NCBI GenBank assembly: GCA_963575745.1
Contig: CAUYUJ010000234.1
Coordinates: 62,001 to 116,497, forward strand
Origin: Prorocentrum cordatum
Lineage: Eukaryota
Length of the DNA: 54,497 nucleotides
Direction: 5' to 3'
Shown: positions 22,200 through 33,874 of the stretch, one piece after another
Layout: every line of letters begins with the position of its first letter
How positions within the stretch are numbered: the stretch's first letter is position 1
Notes under the pieces: model-generated
Seen by the model: the letters and a program-made list of their open reading frames with translations, nothing else
Databases searched by the model: none
Told to the model about the DNA's origin: nothing
Program-made: the position numbers and the translations under genes

Positions 22200-23479
22200 C
22201 CGGGCATCTGTGTGGTAGGTAAGTCTGGGTACGCTGCGTGGGTTGCTCAAGCGAGACTGCCGCTCCGCTTGGCTGGGATGGGCCTCCGGGATTCGGGACG
22301 CACTTCTACTGCCGCATATTGGGCCAGTTGGGCTGACGCGCTGCCCGAAATCATTGTGAGGTTCCCTGCGCTGGGACGCAGTGCGTTGTTCTACTTCAAC
22401 GTGTTGCAAGCGACTAGAGACCTTACCCACGGTACTGCACCACGATGCCTACTTGAGGCCGAACTTGTGGAAGACGCTGTGACGAAGCTGGTTGGACTCA
22501 GCGCCCTACTTGGAACGACATTGCAACAGGACAGCGCCCTCCAACACCGGATCCAATTCAATTCGCGCTCGGGGAATGGGAGCACGGATGGCAATATCAT
22601 GCAACGTACTATGGTGAAAAAACAGCCCACACACAATTATTACGAGATCTGGCATTCCCCAACGTACGCGTCAACGCGGCATCCCCTGGCAAAGCGCGAG
22701 TGTTCTCGACAATGGGCAGGTTTTCTTCAGGCTGGTTACTTGTTTGCCCTACGACTGACACACTTACAATCACGGACTTTTATTTTGTATGTGCCGTGCG
22801 GCGACGGCTGGGGATTGCGAGCGTGGTCGATGGCCCGGACGTGCATGGGCATAGGCGGTTGGCGGATGGAACAGGGGGAGGATGGCAAAGCCGACGTACT
22901 GAACTCATGGCTGCTTGGAGGCAGGTCTTCCGCGAAGCGGGGGGACAAATTCCAGACCGTAACATCGAGCGCCACTTGCATAGTACTAACATACCCGTCC
23001 CTGAAGGGGACATGCGCCGAGTGGATATGGTAGTCACATGCACAAGCGCGGCACGGGGATTACCATTGTTCTGCGACGTCACGGTACTGAGCCCAATCAC
23101 TGGGAGGGGCCGTCCACGTGGTGGGACAAGCAACCGGGGAGGAGCACTATTGGAACAGGCGCAGAGGGAGAACGACACTACCTACAGTGAAGTCATTAGT
23201 AGCGGGTTCGGCACGCTGTATTGCTTAGGGGCTGAAGTGCATGGCCGCTGGGGCGAACAAAGCGTCGCCCTCGTGCCAGCCTTAGCGCACGAACGAACCC
23301 GCGACCTCCACGAACGGATTCGGTTCGGAGCGGCCCTCGGTTTGCAGCACAGGTGGTGGGGCATCTTGGGATTCGCTTTACAACGAGCGGTCGCGAGACG
23401 AGTTTTGGGGCCTGGAGGCGATCTGCCGTATACGCCTCAGGAGCCCGTGTGCCGCCTTGCTGACCTGGAGGTGCTGTAG
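22200..23479 (+). pseudogene. 3' fragment of a CRE-like (RLE-type) non-LTR retrotransposon, frameshifted
   Basis: QARLPLRLAGMGLR..AAYWASWADALP, GWL..PT, AVRRRLG. RLE region RRVDMVV..LFCDVTV..AEVHGRWG. TAG at 23479 abuts (CCT)n. Confidence 0.88.
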
Positions 23480-23816
23480 TCCTCCTCTCCTCCTCCTCCT
23501 CCTCCTCCTCCTCCTCCTCCTCCTCCTCCTCCTCCTCCTCCTCCCTCCTCCTCCTCCTCCTCCTCCTCCTCCTCCTCCTCCTCCTCCCCTCCTCCTCCTC
23601 CTCCTCCTCCTCCTCTTCCTCCTCCTCCACCTCCTCCTCCTCCTCCTCCTCCTCCTCCTCCTCCTCCTCCTCCCCCCTCCTCCTCCTCCTCCTCCTCCTC
23701 CTCCTCCTCCTCCTCCTCCTCCTCCTCCTCCTCCTCCTCCTCCTCCTCCTCCTCCTCCTCCTCCTCCTCCTCCTCCTCCTCCTCCTCCTCCTCCTCCTCC
23801 TCCTCCTCCTCCTCCT
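23480..23816. repeat. (CCT)n microsatellite
   Basis: Direct reading. Confidence 0.98.
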
Positions 23817-23871
23817 TTGACGTTGCTTAGCGCGCGTGTGGCGTCACCTTTGTTTCACCGCGCCTTGGTTT

Positions 23872-24204
23872 TCAAGCGTGTTTTGCACCTGTGGTTCGCG
23901 CCCGATGCTGTTGCCTTGGGGTGGCATATTTTCGGAGGGACACCTCCAGAATGTCCCACCACCGGTATAGGAGCCTCATCATAGTCCCACGTCGTATGCG
24001 CATTGGGAGGCATCGGGAGCGTTCGCACGCAAGCGCTGGCACCGAAGCTATCGGTTGCTGTCCCCACCGCCCAATCAATTCGCGACCCAAGCATTGCAGG
24101 AATCCCGGGCCCGAACTCAAGACTTCATGATCGCTCGTGTTGTTTTGTTGTTCCTCGAGTTCGAGTAACCTCCCTCCCCTGTTGCTCGTCCCCGTTCGGG
24201 GCCA
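23872..24204 (-). pseudogene. Minus-strand 3' fragment of a related CRE-like element
   Basis: GTSNRGGRLLELEEQQNNTSDHEVLSSG..CLGRELIGRWGQQ..RWWDIL aligns with GTSNRGGALLEQAQRENDTTYSEVISSG..CLGAEVHGRWGEQ..RWWGIL at ~23120-23370. Confidence 0.85.
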
Positions 24205-27200
24205 ATTCAAGCCTTCTGGGCCCGAGGCCGCATTTTGGAGGACCCCAGAGGACACAGACCTCGGTGCTTCCACGGAGCGTTTGGGGGGCGCCGCAGCGAC
24301 AATTGTCATTCTAGAGTTTTTCTTTGCGGCGGCGAAAACCGAGGATGTCACCTCTTTTCTCGAAATGCGGAGGCTGTGGCATTTTCGAGTACAATGACGT
24401 CTTACTTCGAACCGATCGCAAATGCAGAGTTTGCAGCAGACAAGCGCGCCTGTTCGTTCCCAGGAGAAGCCGCTCCAGGTCGTGGTCTCCGGGAGGTCCG
24501 CCGTGGCGGGTGCGTTTCGAGGATGAGGCAGCTAATGGTTTGGTCTCCAACGGCGCCACCAGCCCGAAATCGATCTTGAAGAGCACCCAATCCACCTCGG
24601 AGAACCAGGATCTGGCGGCGTCGTTGAAGGCCGCCATCGCGCAGACATCCGACGCGCAGATGAAGGCGGTGCTAGAGGCGGAGCTGGCCGAGGTGGAGGT
24701 GCAGCCCCCGCCGCCAGCCGCCTCGCCCGCCGATAAGGTTCAGCGCGCGGACGCCGCCTGGAGGGATGCCGAGGTGAAGCACGACCAGGCGGCCAAGGCA
24801 GCGCAATGCCTGCGTGGCCAGCTCGAGCAGGCGGAGGCCAAGGAGCAGCAGGCGGCCAAGACGCTGGCTCAAGCCACCATCGCCAAGTCCCAGGCCGCGC
24901 TGGCTCTCGCCAAGGCCGAGGGCGTCTTCATCACTCCCGACAGCGGCGGCGGCGACGATAAGGGCTCCAAGTCGTTGTTCCAGCTGTCTTCGGGCCAGGA
25001 GCTCTTCGCCAACATTGATCAGCTCGAGCGCGGGCAGAGCGAGAAGGAAGCCTTCGCGCAGCTTGAGAAGGACCTAGTCATCACCAAGGACACGCTGAAG
25101 TCCAACGAGGAGGAGGCGCAAGCACGGCTGCGCCGCGCAGCCGAGCTCAAGGCGTCGATCAAAGAGCGCCTCGCCAAGAAGCGGAGGAACAATTCTGATG
25201 GGGCCGCGCCGGGGGGCGATGGGCAAGCTGCTGCTTCAGGTCATGCCGCAGCGCCGACGGCTGACGCCGCCTCTCCAGGCGGGGGGCCCTCAGCGGAGCA
25301 GAAGGCATCGCAGGCGGCAGCCGAGGGGGAGCGGGCGAGCCAGGTTGAGGCCGAGGCCAAGCGCTCGCCCCGCGCCAAGTTCGCGGCGCTGAACGCCAAC
25401 CAGCAGGCGCGCGAGGGCAGGGGCAGGAATGGCTCCACCACGGGAGCTCCGCTCGGCAAGGGCGTCGGCGCCAGACCCCAGACCCAGGTGCGACAGGGGC
25501 GTCAGCCCTGTTCGTCGCCCGCTACTGCGGCCAGCGCGACGACGGACCCAGCGGCTCCATACAGCAGGCCTACCTCATCCACTACGTCTACAGGCTCGAG
25601 TTCGAGCCAGGCTCCGCGGGGCGCTTCTGTTGAGCCACCAGTTGATCAGTTTGATTCGAGCGCTGGCAACGCCCCCAGTTTCACCAACCTTGTTTTCGGA
25701 AATGTCACGCGCATGGGCACCAAGGTCTGGCAGTATGTGGCTGAACAGAGAACGCCCACCCAGCACTTTGCATTCGTCGAGAGTCGGCAGGGGACCAGTC
25801 CGACAGCGGGGTGACAAAGCAAGGAATCTGGGGCTGAAGCTCTTCTGCAATCCAGCCCGGCCGAAGGGCGCGCAGCGCAGCGAGCTGCCTATGGGGCATG
25901 ACAACGGAGGGGGCGAGTGGATTCTCACTCATGGGCATCTTCGAGCGCATTCCCTAGACGCAGCCTCTGCGCCGATGCTGCAGCGCGAGTCGGCCGGGTC
26001 CAACGACGGCTTCTGCGCGATGACCATCCACGCGAAGGGCTACCCATTCATCCTCATCGCCTTCTACGGGCACACGAGGATAGGCTTCTCTGGCCCCAAC
26101 GTCATTCGCTACCGCCGCTCTGGAGCTCTTCTTCGGGCGTTACAGCCCCCCGGCTAGTCGCGGCCGACTTGAATATCTGCACGGCGGCGCTCAGCAAGGC
26201 AGGCTTCACCGAGCGCGCGGGGGGGCATGCCCTCGCGGCCAAACGTGGACTACACGTGCAATGCAGGGAAGGTTGGGTCCCACATCGACTTCGTGATGCG
26301 CAGCGCTTCCGCATCGAGCTACGCGGCGCCCGTGGAGCCCGAGTTGGCAGTGCCTTGGAAAACCCGCGCTGGGTTACGTCTACGGCTTCGCGATCAGGGG
26401 CAGCAGCTGCCCGCGCGATCGCTCTCCCTCGCGGCGCGCCTCCCGCGGGCGCCGCGCCTAGGGAAGGAGCAAAACCCTCAGTCCAAGTCAAGTCAAGCTC
26501 GTGGCGCACGGCTTCTGGCAGCCCGGGGGAGAGCGGCCATGCGGGGCGATGTGCACTCGACGCTTTCTGGAGGCGTTCTGGCAGCCATCGACTGCCAGAA
26601 CGCCAGGGGAACCCCGCAGGGGCCCGAGGACCACCGCTCTGAGCGCCCTGAGCCCTCGCCTGTTGCACCGGTTGCTTCAGACATGCGTCGCGATGATGTT
26701 TCGGCATGTTCCGAGGAGGACCCTTGGGCAGATCAGCTGAATTTCTGGGTGGAGGACAGGCCAGTGCAAAAGGCCCTCCCTTCCCAGCGCCCCGTCTCCA
26801 ACCCCTTTGCAGCCGCCCGTGTAATTCTGTAGTCAGTGCTGATGGGTCCTCTTCGGTGGATGGCGGCGGCTCGGGCGCGGCTTGCGGGCCCCCGTCGGAA
26901 GCTCGGCGGCCCCCGCGCGGGGGCGGCTCACGCGGTTGGCCCCGGCGACGGCCCCGCGTTTAACAGCGTCGGCACTGGTCCTGTGGACGCGTCGACCCAG
27001 CCCCCCGAGCCCCGAGGGGGCTCTAGCGTCAGTTATATGATCCCCTCTGATCTCCTGGATAGACGCAGGCAGGCCGTAGGATTTTATGTTCCCCATTCTC
27101 TTCCCCTCCCAGCCTGCATCAGGGAGTCTCGAGCCTTCGAGGTGAACCCTGAAGGAGCACTACTTGTCAGCGGTATGTACGCGTCTTTGGTATCTGCGGT

Positions 27201-28890
27201 TGAAGACACTATCCGTGCTCCTTATGAATGCGAGGAAGCCTCTCGAGGACCCCAGCGTGCTACGGTTCCCGTCTTCGCAGTGCAGGAGGTCAAAGTCTCG
27301 GAGCAGCACCGAGCAGTTCCTCTGCGTGACAAGGTGGCCAGTTGGTGGGCAAGGGCCCACTCGCTTCTCACCTCATTGCACAAGCATCGCGCACGAGGCA
27401 ATGGACTCGCGCAGCAGTAGAGATTGGAGCGATATGCCGACGCCCTATTGAAGACAGGCCCGATCAGGTTCACGTGTCGGTCTCGAATTGCCTGGTCCCT
27501 CCCTGGTTTGAATGGCTCTCATTCTTGTCGTCAATCGGAACCAGCTCGACACCTCTGTTCAGTTTTCGGATAGGGTTGCTAGATCCAGCCAGCGTGAAGC
27601 CCTACATCAGTCGCTTCGGGAGTTCCAGGACTGGGCCGTCTCGGGATCCTCTTTAGGCGCGCCCCACAGGGCCATGAGACAGGATCCAGTACCCAGTTTG
27701 GAGATATTCGGCGGCTCGGTTATTCTCGACCACCCGAAGGATATAGTCGAGTTCAAGTCCGCCAAGCGGCATCGCAAGTGGGCTCCGCTCATCTCAGAAC
27801 CCGACGAGGCGCTTGGGAACGTTCTCGAGACTATTCGGCAGGCGATCAGAGACGAGCCTTACCCCCTTCCTGAATTAGGAGTGGAGGATGTGAGACGGGC
27901 CCTGGGATCTATGAAGCCTCGCGCGGGGATGGGAGTCGACCGTCCCGCGCCTTGTGATATGGAAAAGCTGCCCGACAGTGGGGTAGTTGCGCTATGCACC
28001 TGCACCTTTTGGTCTGGCCCGCGCAGACCGCGCTCGCTCTCGGCCGCCCCCATCCCCAGAAAGCTGAATTGGGACCGCGCGATAGGCCTCGCATCGATGC
28101 TGCCTCGGGCATGGAGTATGTCGCGTGAATTTTGGGCCAGGTCTCGGTCGAAGTCCACGGGGGCCCACTGGGATGCAGCGATTATCGGCAACTCGTCGCT
28201 TCGCGCGGCGCGTCGACGGGTTCTCGACGAAGAGGTTGCGGGAGTCTTGGGGGTCACGCGCGCTCATGTGCTCACCGACATTGACGGCTTTTGCGATGAC
28301 CTGATGTGGCCCAAGTTAGCTCGGGCTGCACTTCGGCTCGGGTTTCCACCCGCTCATCTTTACTTCGAGCTACTACAATGCTCACAACCGCGATCCCTGC
28401 AACAGATTGGAGATTGTTCGAGGGCCTTCGAGCCAACATGCAGTACCACTCAAGGTCTACGCTCTGGGACGCGTTTCGCACGAGCGATGGCTGTTTTTTT
28501 CTCGTTCTGGAACGGATATGCACCATGAATGCGCGGTGCAGTCACCGCCTTTGGATTGGCGACCTGTCGCAGGCCACCCGAGGATCGGCGGCTCAGGTCA
28601 AACGCGACATGGTCGAGCGCTTGGTCACCACAGCTCGTCGGCTCAGGTCTCAGGGCCTCAGCGTAGCTTCCAAGTCCGTCGTCATGTGCACGAAGCTCGG
28701 CTCGGCGAAGGACATCGCAAGGGCACTCAAGCTTCGAAGGGGTCACGATGGCGGCTGCGAAGCACACCAGTTACCTTGGAGTTGACTTGGGAGCCGGGCT
28801 TTCGCCGTGCTAGGAAGCAGTGTGTCAAGCGCAGTTCCAAGCACCTCACTCGACATCGAAAGGTGGCGAAGTACGTCAGGACCCTCGAGG
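24205..28890 (+). mobile_element. Decayed LINE (LINE-B): ORF1 + frameshifted APE-RT, 3' end cut off by a CRE-like element
   Basis: ORF1, then APE (FGNVT, FVESR, AADLN, HIDFV) and RT remnants (GVDR..LPD, DRAIGL, WDAAIIGNSSLRAA, TDIDGFCD, QGLRSG, WIGD). Many stops and frameshifts. Confidence 0.82.
24345..25814 (+). CDS. LINE-B ORF1 (N-terminal C4 zinc ribbon + coiled coil) running into the start of APE
   Basis: CGGC..CRVC, long Ala/Gln/Glu/Lys helical tract, KKRR motif. Confidence 0.7.
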   Translation: MSPLFSKCGGCGIFEYNDVLLRTDRKCRVCSRQARLFVPRRSRSRSWSPGGPPWRVRFEDEAANGLVSNGATSPKSILKSTQSTSENQDLAASLKAAIAQTSDAQMKAVLEAELAEVEVQPPPPAASPADKVQRADAAWRDAEVKHDQAAKAAQCLRGQLEQAEAKEQQAAKTLAQATIAKSQAALALAKAEGVFITPDSGGGDDKGSKSLFQLSSGQELFANIDQLERGQSEKEAFAQLEKDLVITKDTLKSNEEEAQARLRRAAELKASIKERLAKKRRNNSDGAAPGGDGQAAASGHAAAPTADAASPGGGPSAEQKASQAAAEGERASQVEAEAKRSPRAKFAALNANQQAREGRGRNGSTTGAPLGKGVGARPQTQVRQGRQPCSSPATAASATTDPAAPYSRPTSSTTSTGSSSSQAPRGASVEPPVDQFDSSAGNAPSFTNLVFGNVTRMGTKVWQYVAEQRTPTQHFAFVESRQGTSPTAG

Positions 28891-31288
28891 ACCGCGATCA
28901 CCTCGCGACTCGAACGACGGGGGGCCCAATCTGCAGGATCCGATGGCTATACGAGCATATGCGAGTGTTATTGGATGACGACGACTTGTGGTCACTGTTT
29001 ACCTACCTCGCTCAAACGTATGCTCGGGCGGACGTGCCAGCAGGCGTGGCTGCAGCCATTCGCATCGGGCGAATGACAGCGCTCAAGAAAGATTCGGGCA
29101 GGGCGCGAGGAATCGTCGCAGGCAAAGTTTTCAGGAGACTTGTGTGCAAGGCGGTCGCCAAGCAGTACAGCGAAGCATTCATGCCAGCAACGGCGCCGTT
29201 CCAGTTCGCAATGCAGACACGAGCGGGGGCGGAGGCACTCGCACACATCCTGCAATATGTGACGGACAGAGACCCGGAGGTTGTGATTATGAGTTTGGAT
29301 GGGGTGGGAGCGTTTGACCATGTGAAACGTGCGGCGTTCTTGAAGAAGCTCTTGGAGTGTCCGGCATTGCAGGTTGTTTTGCCACTGGTCCGCATGTTGT
29401 ACACGACGGAATCGAAGTTCCCCTGGACAGCTGCCGATGGGAGAACTCACGCAATCACCCAAGCAGAAGGCGGAGAACAAGGGTGCCCGTTGATGCCGGC
29501 ATTGTTCGCACTTGCTCAACACGACGCTCTGGCCGATGCGGCGCGCGAACTCTTACCATCGGAAACCATCCTGAGTTTCCTGGACGACCTGCACATCAGT
29601 ACAACTAAAGAGAGAAGAGCTACGGCCTTTCAGATTGTCGCTGGCAAAATCGAATCGCACGCCGGGGTCCGATCGCATCTGGGGAAACTAAAAAGCTGGA
29701 GCCGGAGCGGGGGTGACGCCCCAACAGATATTCAAGCACTGGGGCCCGGCGCGTGGACAGCAGCAAACGAACCTGCGACGAATGGCATCGTCGCGCTCGG
29801 CACGCCACTTGGAAAACAAGAGTTCGCGAAAGCCTACGCCGAGGAGCGAATGCTGAAAGAACAGCGGTTGCTCGCAGAAATTGCTGAATTGAAGGACCCA
29901 CAATGCGCCTGGAACATGCTATCTATGTCTGCAGTGCCCCGGGCCAACCACGCCATACGTATACTCCCGCCTGCGGCGTCGTACCTGTGCGCGGAGGCGC
30001 ATGACAAAGCCTTATGGGATATCTTCTGCATGGCCATGGGGCACAGAATTGGGCAGACGTTACAACAGCACAGCGCATTGCGATAATGCCGGGCAGGTTA
30101 GGCGGTCTTGGGCTACGGTCCGCCACTCGATCGGCCCCAGGGGCATTCTGGGAGTCATGGGTAGATGCTATGCCAATCATTGCTCAGAAACTCCCTGCGA
30201 TTGCAAACGATATGATGCACGAGTTGGTTACCCTACCAAGCCCTACAACGGGCATCCTCCGCAAGCAGGCAAGCTGCAAATGGCAATTGGAACAACACGG
30301 TGCCAGAGACCTGCCAGCTTGGAGAGATACGCGTGTACGCTCAGACCCACCACAACAGAGCACCGACGTCGACACCGACGACTTCGACCACGGGTGGCAG
30401 TGCCATGCAACATCCTTTTCAGAAGCCTACTTCAAAGATAGCGTGGTATTACCATCTTGTGACGATGCGCGCCGGGCGATGCTGCTTTCGCAGAGTGGGG
30501 GGCCGGCAGGCGCATGGCTTCGCGCCATACCGTCGCAACCAGAATATACATTGACGCCGCTACGATTCCAGACAGCACTCCGCAGACGATTACGATGGCC
30601 GCTGCCGCTGTCAACTGGGACTTGCAGTGACGGCTGCCGACACCAATTGGATCCTCGTGGAGATCATGCAGCCGCCTGCTCCCGGAGTGGGCGTCTAAAA
30701 CTACGGTCCGTCCCATTGGAACGCATTTGGAAACGGATTCTACGGGAGGCGGGGGCTCGTGTGCGCGAGAACGTCTTGTCACGGGACACGGCGCTGCCAA
30801 ACATCGACGCCACGGACGCCAGGAATATTGAAATCGTAGCAACAAGTTTGCCAATACACCACGGCGTGCCACTGGCCGTGGATGTTACTATGGTATCGCC
30901 GCCACATGTGAACGGCTCGCCGTGGGACGATGTGGGAACTGTGTCGGGTATTTCTTTCAGACGTGCGTACCGCAGCAAACGAACGACATATCCCGAGCTT
31001 GTGGTGAGCCCGGTGCTGCGGCTCATTGCGGCTGGAATGGAAACCGGGGGTCGGGTGCGTGGGGAAGCTATACGACTCATCGACGAAGCAGCGCACGCAA
31101 AAGCGCGATCTGCACCGCTCCCGCTGCAGAAGACTGCAGCCCGGGTGTGGCGGATCCGGTGGCTTACGATGCTGAGCGTGATTGGCCAGGACGCGGTAGC
31201 CGCCACTTTGGTCTCGGATGGGGTAGGGCAGCTTGACAGAAAAGATGGTTCTGACCCGCTGTCAGTCGATGTGTGGCTGGACGCCTAA
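28890..31288 (+). mobile_element. 5'-truncated CRE-like non-LTR retrotransposon (RT, CCHC finger, RLE), one frameshift near 30040
   Basis: TALKK..RGIVAG..FRRL, PFQFA, LDGVGAFD, GGEQGCPLMP, FLDD, LGGLGL. CCHC finger CSDGC..HAAAC. RLE region RNIEIV..LAVDVT..ETGGR. Confidence 0.93.
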
Positions 31289-31304
31289 GAGCGTCAGCCA
31301 TGCT

Positions 31305-31645
31305 CCCCTCCTCCCGCTACCCCCCTCCTCCTCCTCCTCTTCCTCCTCCTCCTCTTCCTCATCCTCCTCTTCCTCCTCCTCTCCTCCTCGTCCTCCTCCT
31401 CCTCCTCCTCCTCCTCCTCCTCCTCCTCCCTCCTCTTCCTCCTCCTCCTCCTCCCTCCCTCCTCCTCCTCCTCTTCCTCCTCCTCCTCCTCCTCCTCCTT
31501 CTCCTCTCCTCCTCCTCCTCCTCCTCCTCCTCCTCCTCCTCCTCCTCCTCCTCCTCCTCCTCCTCCTCTCCTCCTCCTCCCTCTCTCCTCCTCCTCCTCC
31601 TCCTCCTCCTCCTCCTCCTCCTCCTCCTCCTCCTCCTCCTCCTCC
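31305..31645. repeat. (CCT)n microsatellite
   Basis: Direct reading. Confidence 0.98.
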
Positions 31646-31828
31646 TTTAGCGCTGCTCAGTGCGACGGCGGCGGCAATTTTGGGTTTCACCCCGGCTCGG
31701 TTTGCGAGCTTGGCGCTTATGTCTCCTGGTCCGACGCTGGGGCGCAGGAAAAAATGGTCTACGGCACGTAAGCGTCTCCCTCTTTCTCCTCCTCCAGCCT
31801 TGGCGGGACTTTCAACCGCCGGCAGCAA

Positions 31829-32066
31829 TGGTTTCCATAACTGAACACGGGTTTCCATAACTGAACACGGGTTTCCATAATTGCCAACACGGGTTTCCGT
31901 AACTGCCAACACGGGTTTCCATAATTGCCAACACGGGTTTCCATAATTGCCAACACGGGTTTCCATAATTGCCAAGACGGGATTCCATAATTCCAACACG
32001 GGTTTCCAAATTGCCAACACGGTCTTCCATAATTGTCAACGCGGGTTGTCCACACGGGTTTCCATA
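31829..32066. repeat. 20-22 bp minisatellite (GGGTTTCCATAATTGCCAACAC)
   Basis: About 10-11 tandem copies. Confidence 0.95.
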
Positions 32067-32229
32067 TCTACCAATACGACCCGTGCACGGCCCTGCACGG
32101 CTTTCTAAGGCCTTTGCATCCTTCGCGCGCATTTGTATTATGCAACTAAGTGGCCTTCCGTCGCCCGGAGGCGCCCGGAGGCGCCGTGGGAGCCAGATCT
32201 GTGAGGTTATTAGTTGTTTTTTTTTGCTA

Positions 32230-32820
32230 TCCTACCTCCTCCTGCTCCTCCCTCTTCCTCCTCCTCCTCCTCCTCCTCCTCCTCCTTTTCCTCCTCCTCC
32301 TCCTCCTCCTCCTCCTCCTCCTCTTCTTCCTCTCTCCTCCTCCAAGCTCGTCCCGGACAATTTTTTCGAAAGGCCCTGAGATTTGGCGCACTGGGCCGAT
32401 TTCTGTCCAAATTGGTTTGGCATATGCGGTCGCTGTTGGTTCTGGGCCTTCGGGATTGATTCTCTTTTTGTTCACGCGTAATAACCCCGGGGAGCCGCTC
32501 GACGCGCCCGCGCCAGCAGCACTTCCTTCCTTTTTCACACGTGTTGAAAATCGGTCGCGGCACCAATGAATCGGCATTCGATGACGAGTCTGAAGAAAAA
32601 CGCCTTTTTGCAGCGTGCGGGCCGTGGTAGATGCTGCATATTGAAGATCGTATTCCTACCGATAATTAGCGAGAAGAGAACGGCGACCGACGACGACAAT
32701 GACGACGACAATGATTGCGGTGACCACGACGACGACGGACGACGATGATAGCGACAACGATACGACGACAGACGATGACGACGACGACGGACGACGGACG
32801 ACGACGACCGACGACGATAC
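32230..32820. repeat. (CCT)n at 32230-32343 and (GAC)n-rich tract at 32680-32820
   Basis: Direct reading. Confidence 0.9.
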
Positions 32821-33411
32821 AATGCAGAGCATATTGAATGTAAGCGATCTTCTTGAGGCGACAACCGGCGACTGTGTGTGCGATGCCCGCCACAACCATA
32901 ATGCAATTGGTTTGTCGGCGGCGGCACGTATGTATAAAGGAATGTTGTACTCGGGTTTTGCAGGTTCTCCGTCTGCACCGGGCCGCTAAGGGTTCAAACC
33001 ACGCGATAACGGTCAAGGGGCAGCGGGCGGGGCAGGTGATATGTGTAGGGCGCAAACCTTGTTTGCCCAAAAGCGTATCGGGATACCGTGATTTTTGTAT
33101 TGTAATTAGTCAGCAGGCTGTAATACAGTAGCGTTGCGGATTCGTACCATGTCGTCGTACTTCTTGACGAAATGTGCATCGCGGCGGCCGACAATGGCAT
33201 CGCGGTGCCGATTGAAGAGGTTGGTTATGCTACGCCACGCTCTGGGTCGGCCTGTCGTCGCCAAAGTCGTCAGGTTCGCCGTGCAGGCGAAGGCTTTCTT
33301 TTTGCACGCGCTTAAATTCTTTGCGATATTTCCCCCGGGGAACGCCCGCAAAGTTTGGCAATTATATGCGTTTTGTTTTTTCCTCTTTCGTTTTTATGTT
33401 TATTTGTTTTA

Positions 33412-33720
<309 letters not shown>

Positions 33721-33874
33721 CAGTCTCGGCTCGAGAGTGCCTAGCACTCAGACCGCAGCCGCGACGCGAAGCGCCCCGCCTCGGAGCCAGACTCCCAGGC
33801 CTCGCGAGACCGGAGGGGTCCCCGCAGGACCCTACTGATTCGCGCCATCTCTCCTCACCAGAGCGCCCGCAGCA

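Noticed and set aside
28407..28890. N-terminus of the 559-aa ORF as part of the CRE RT
   Set aside because: It is a chance read-through across the LINE-B/CRE junction.
31829..32066. 20-22 bp repeat as CRISPR or telomeric repeat
   Set aside because: Head-to-tail without spacers and not a TTTAGGG-type unit.
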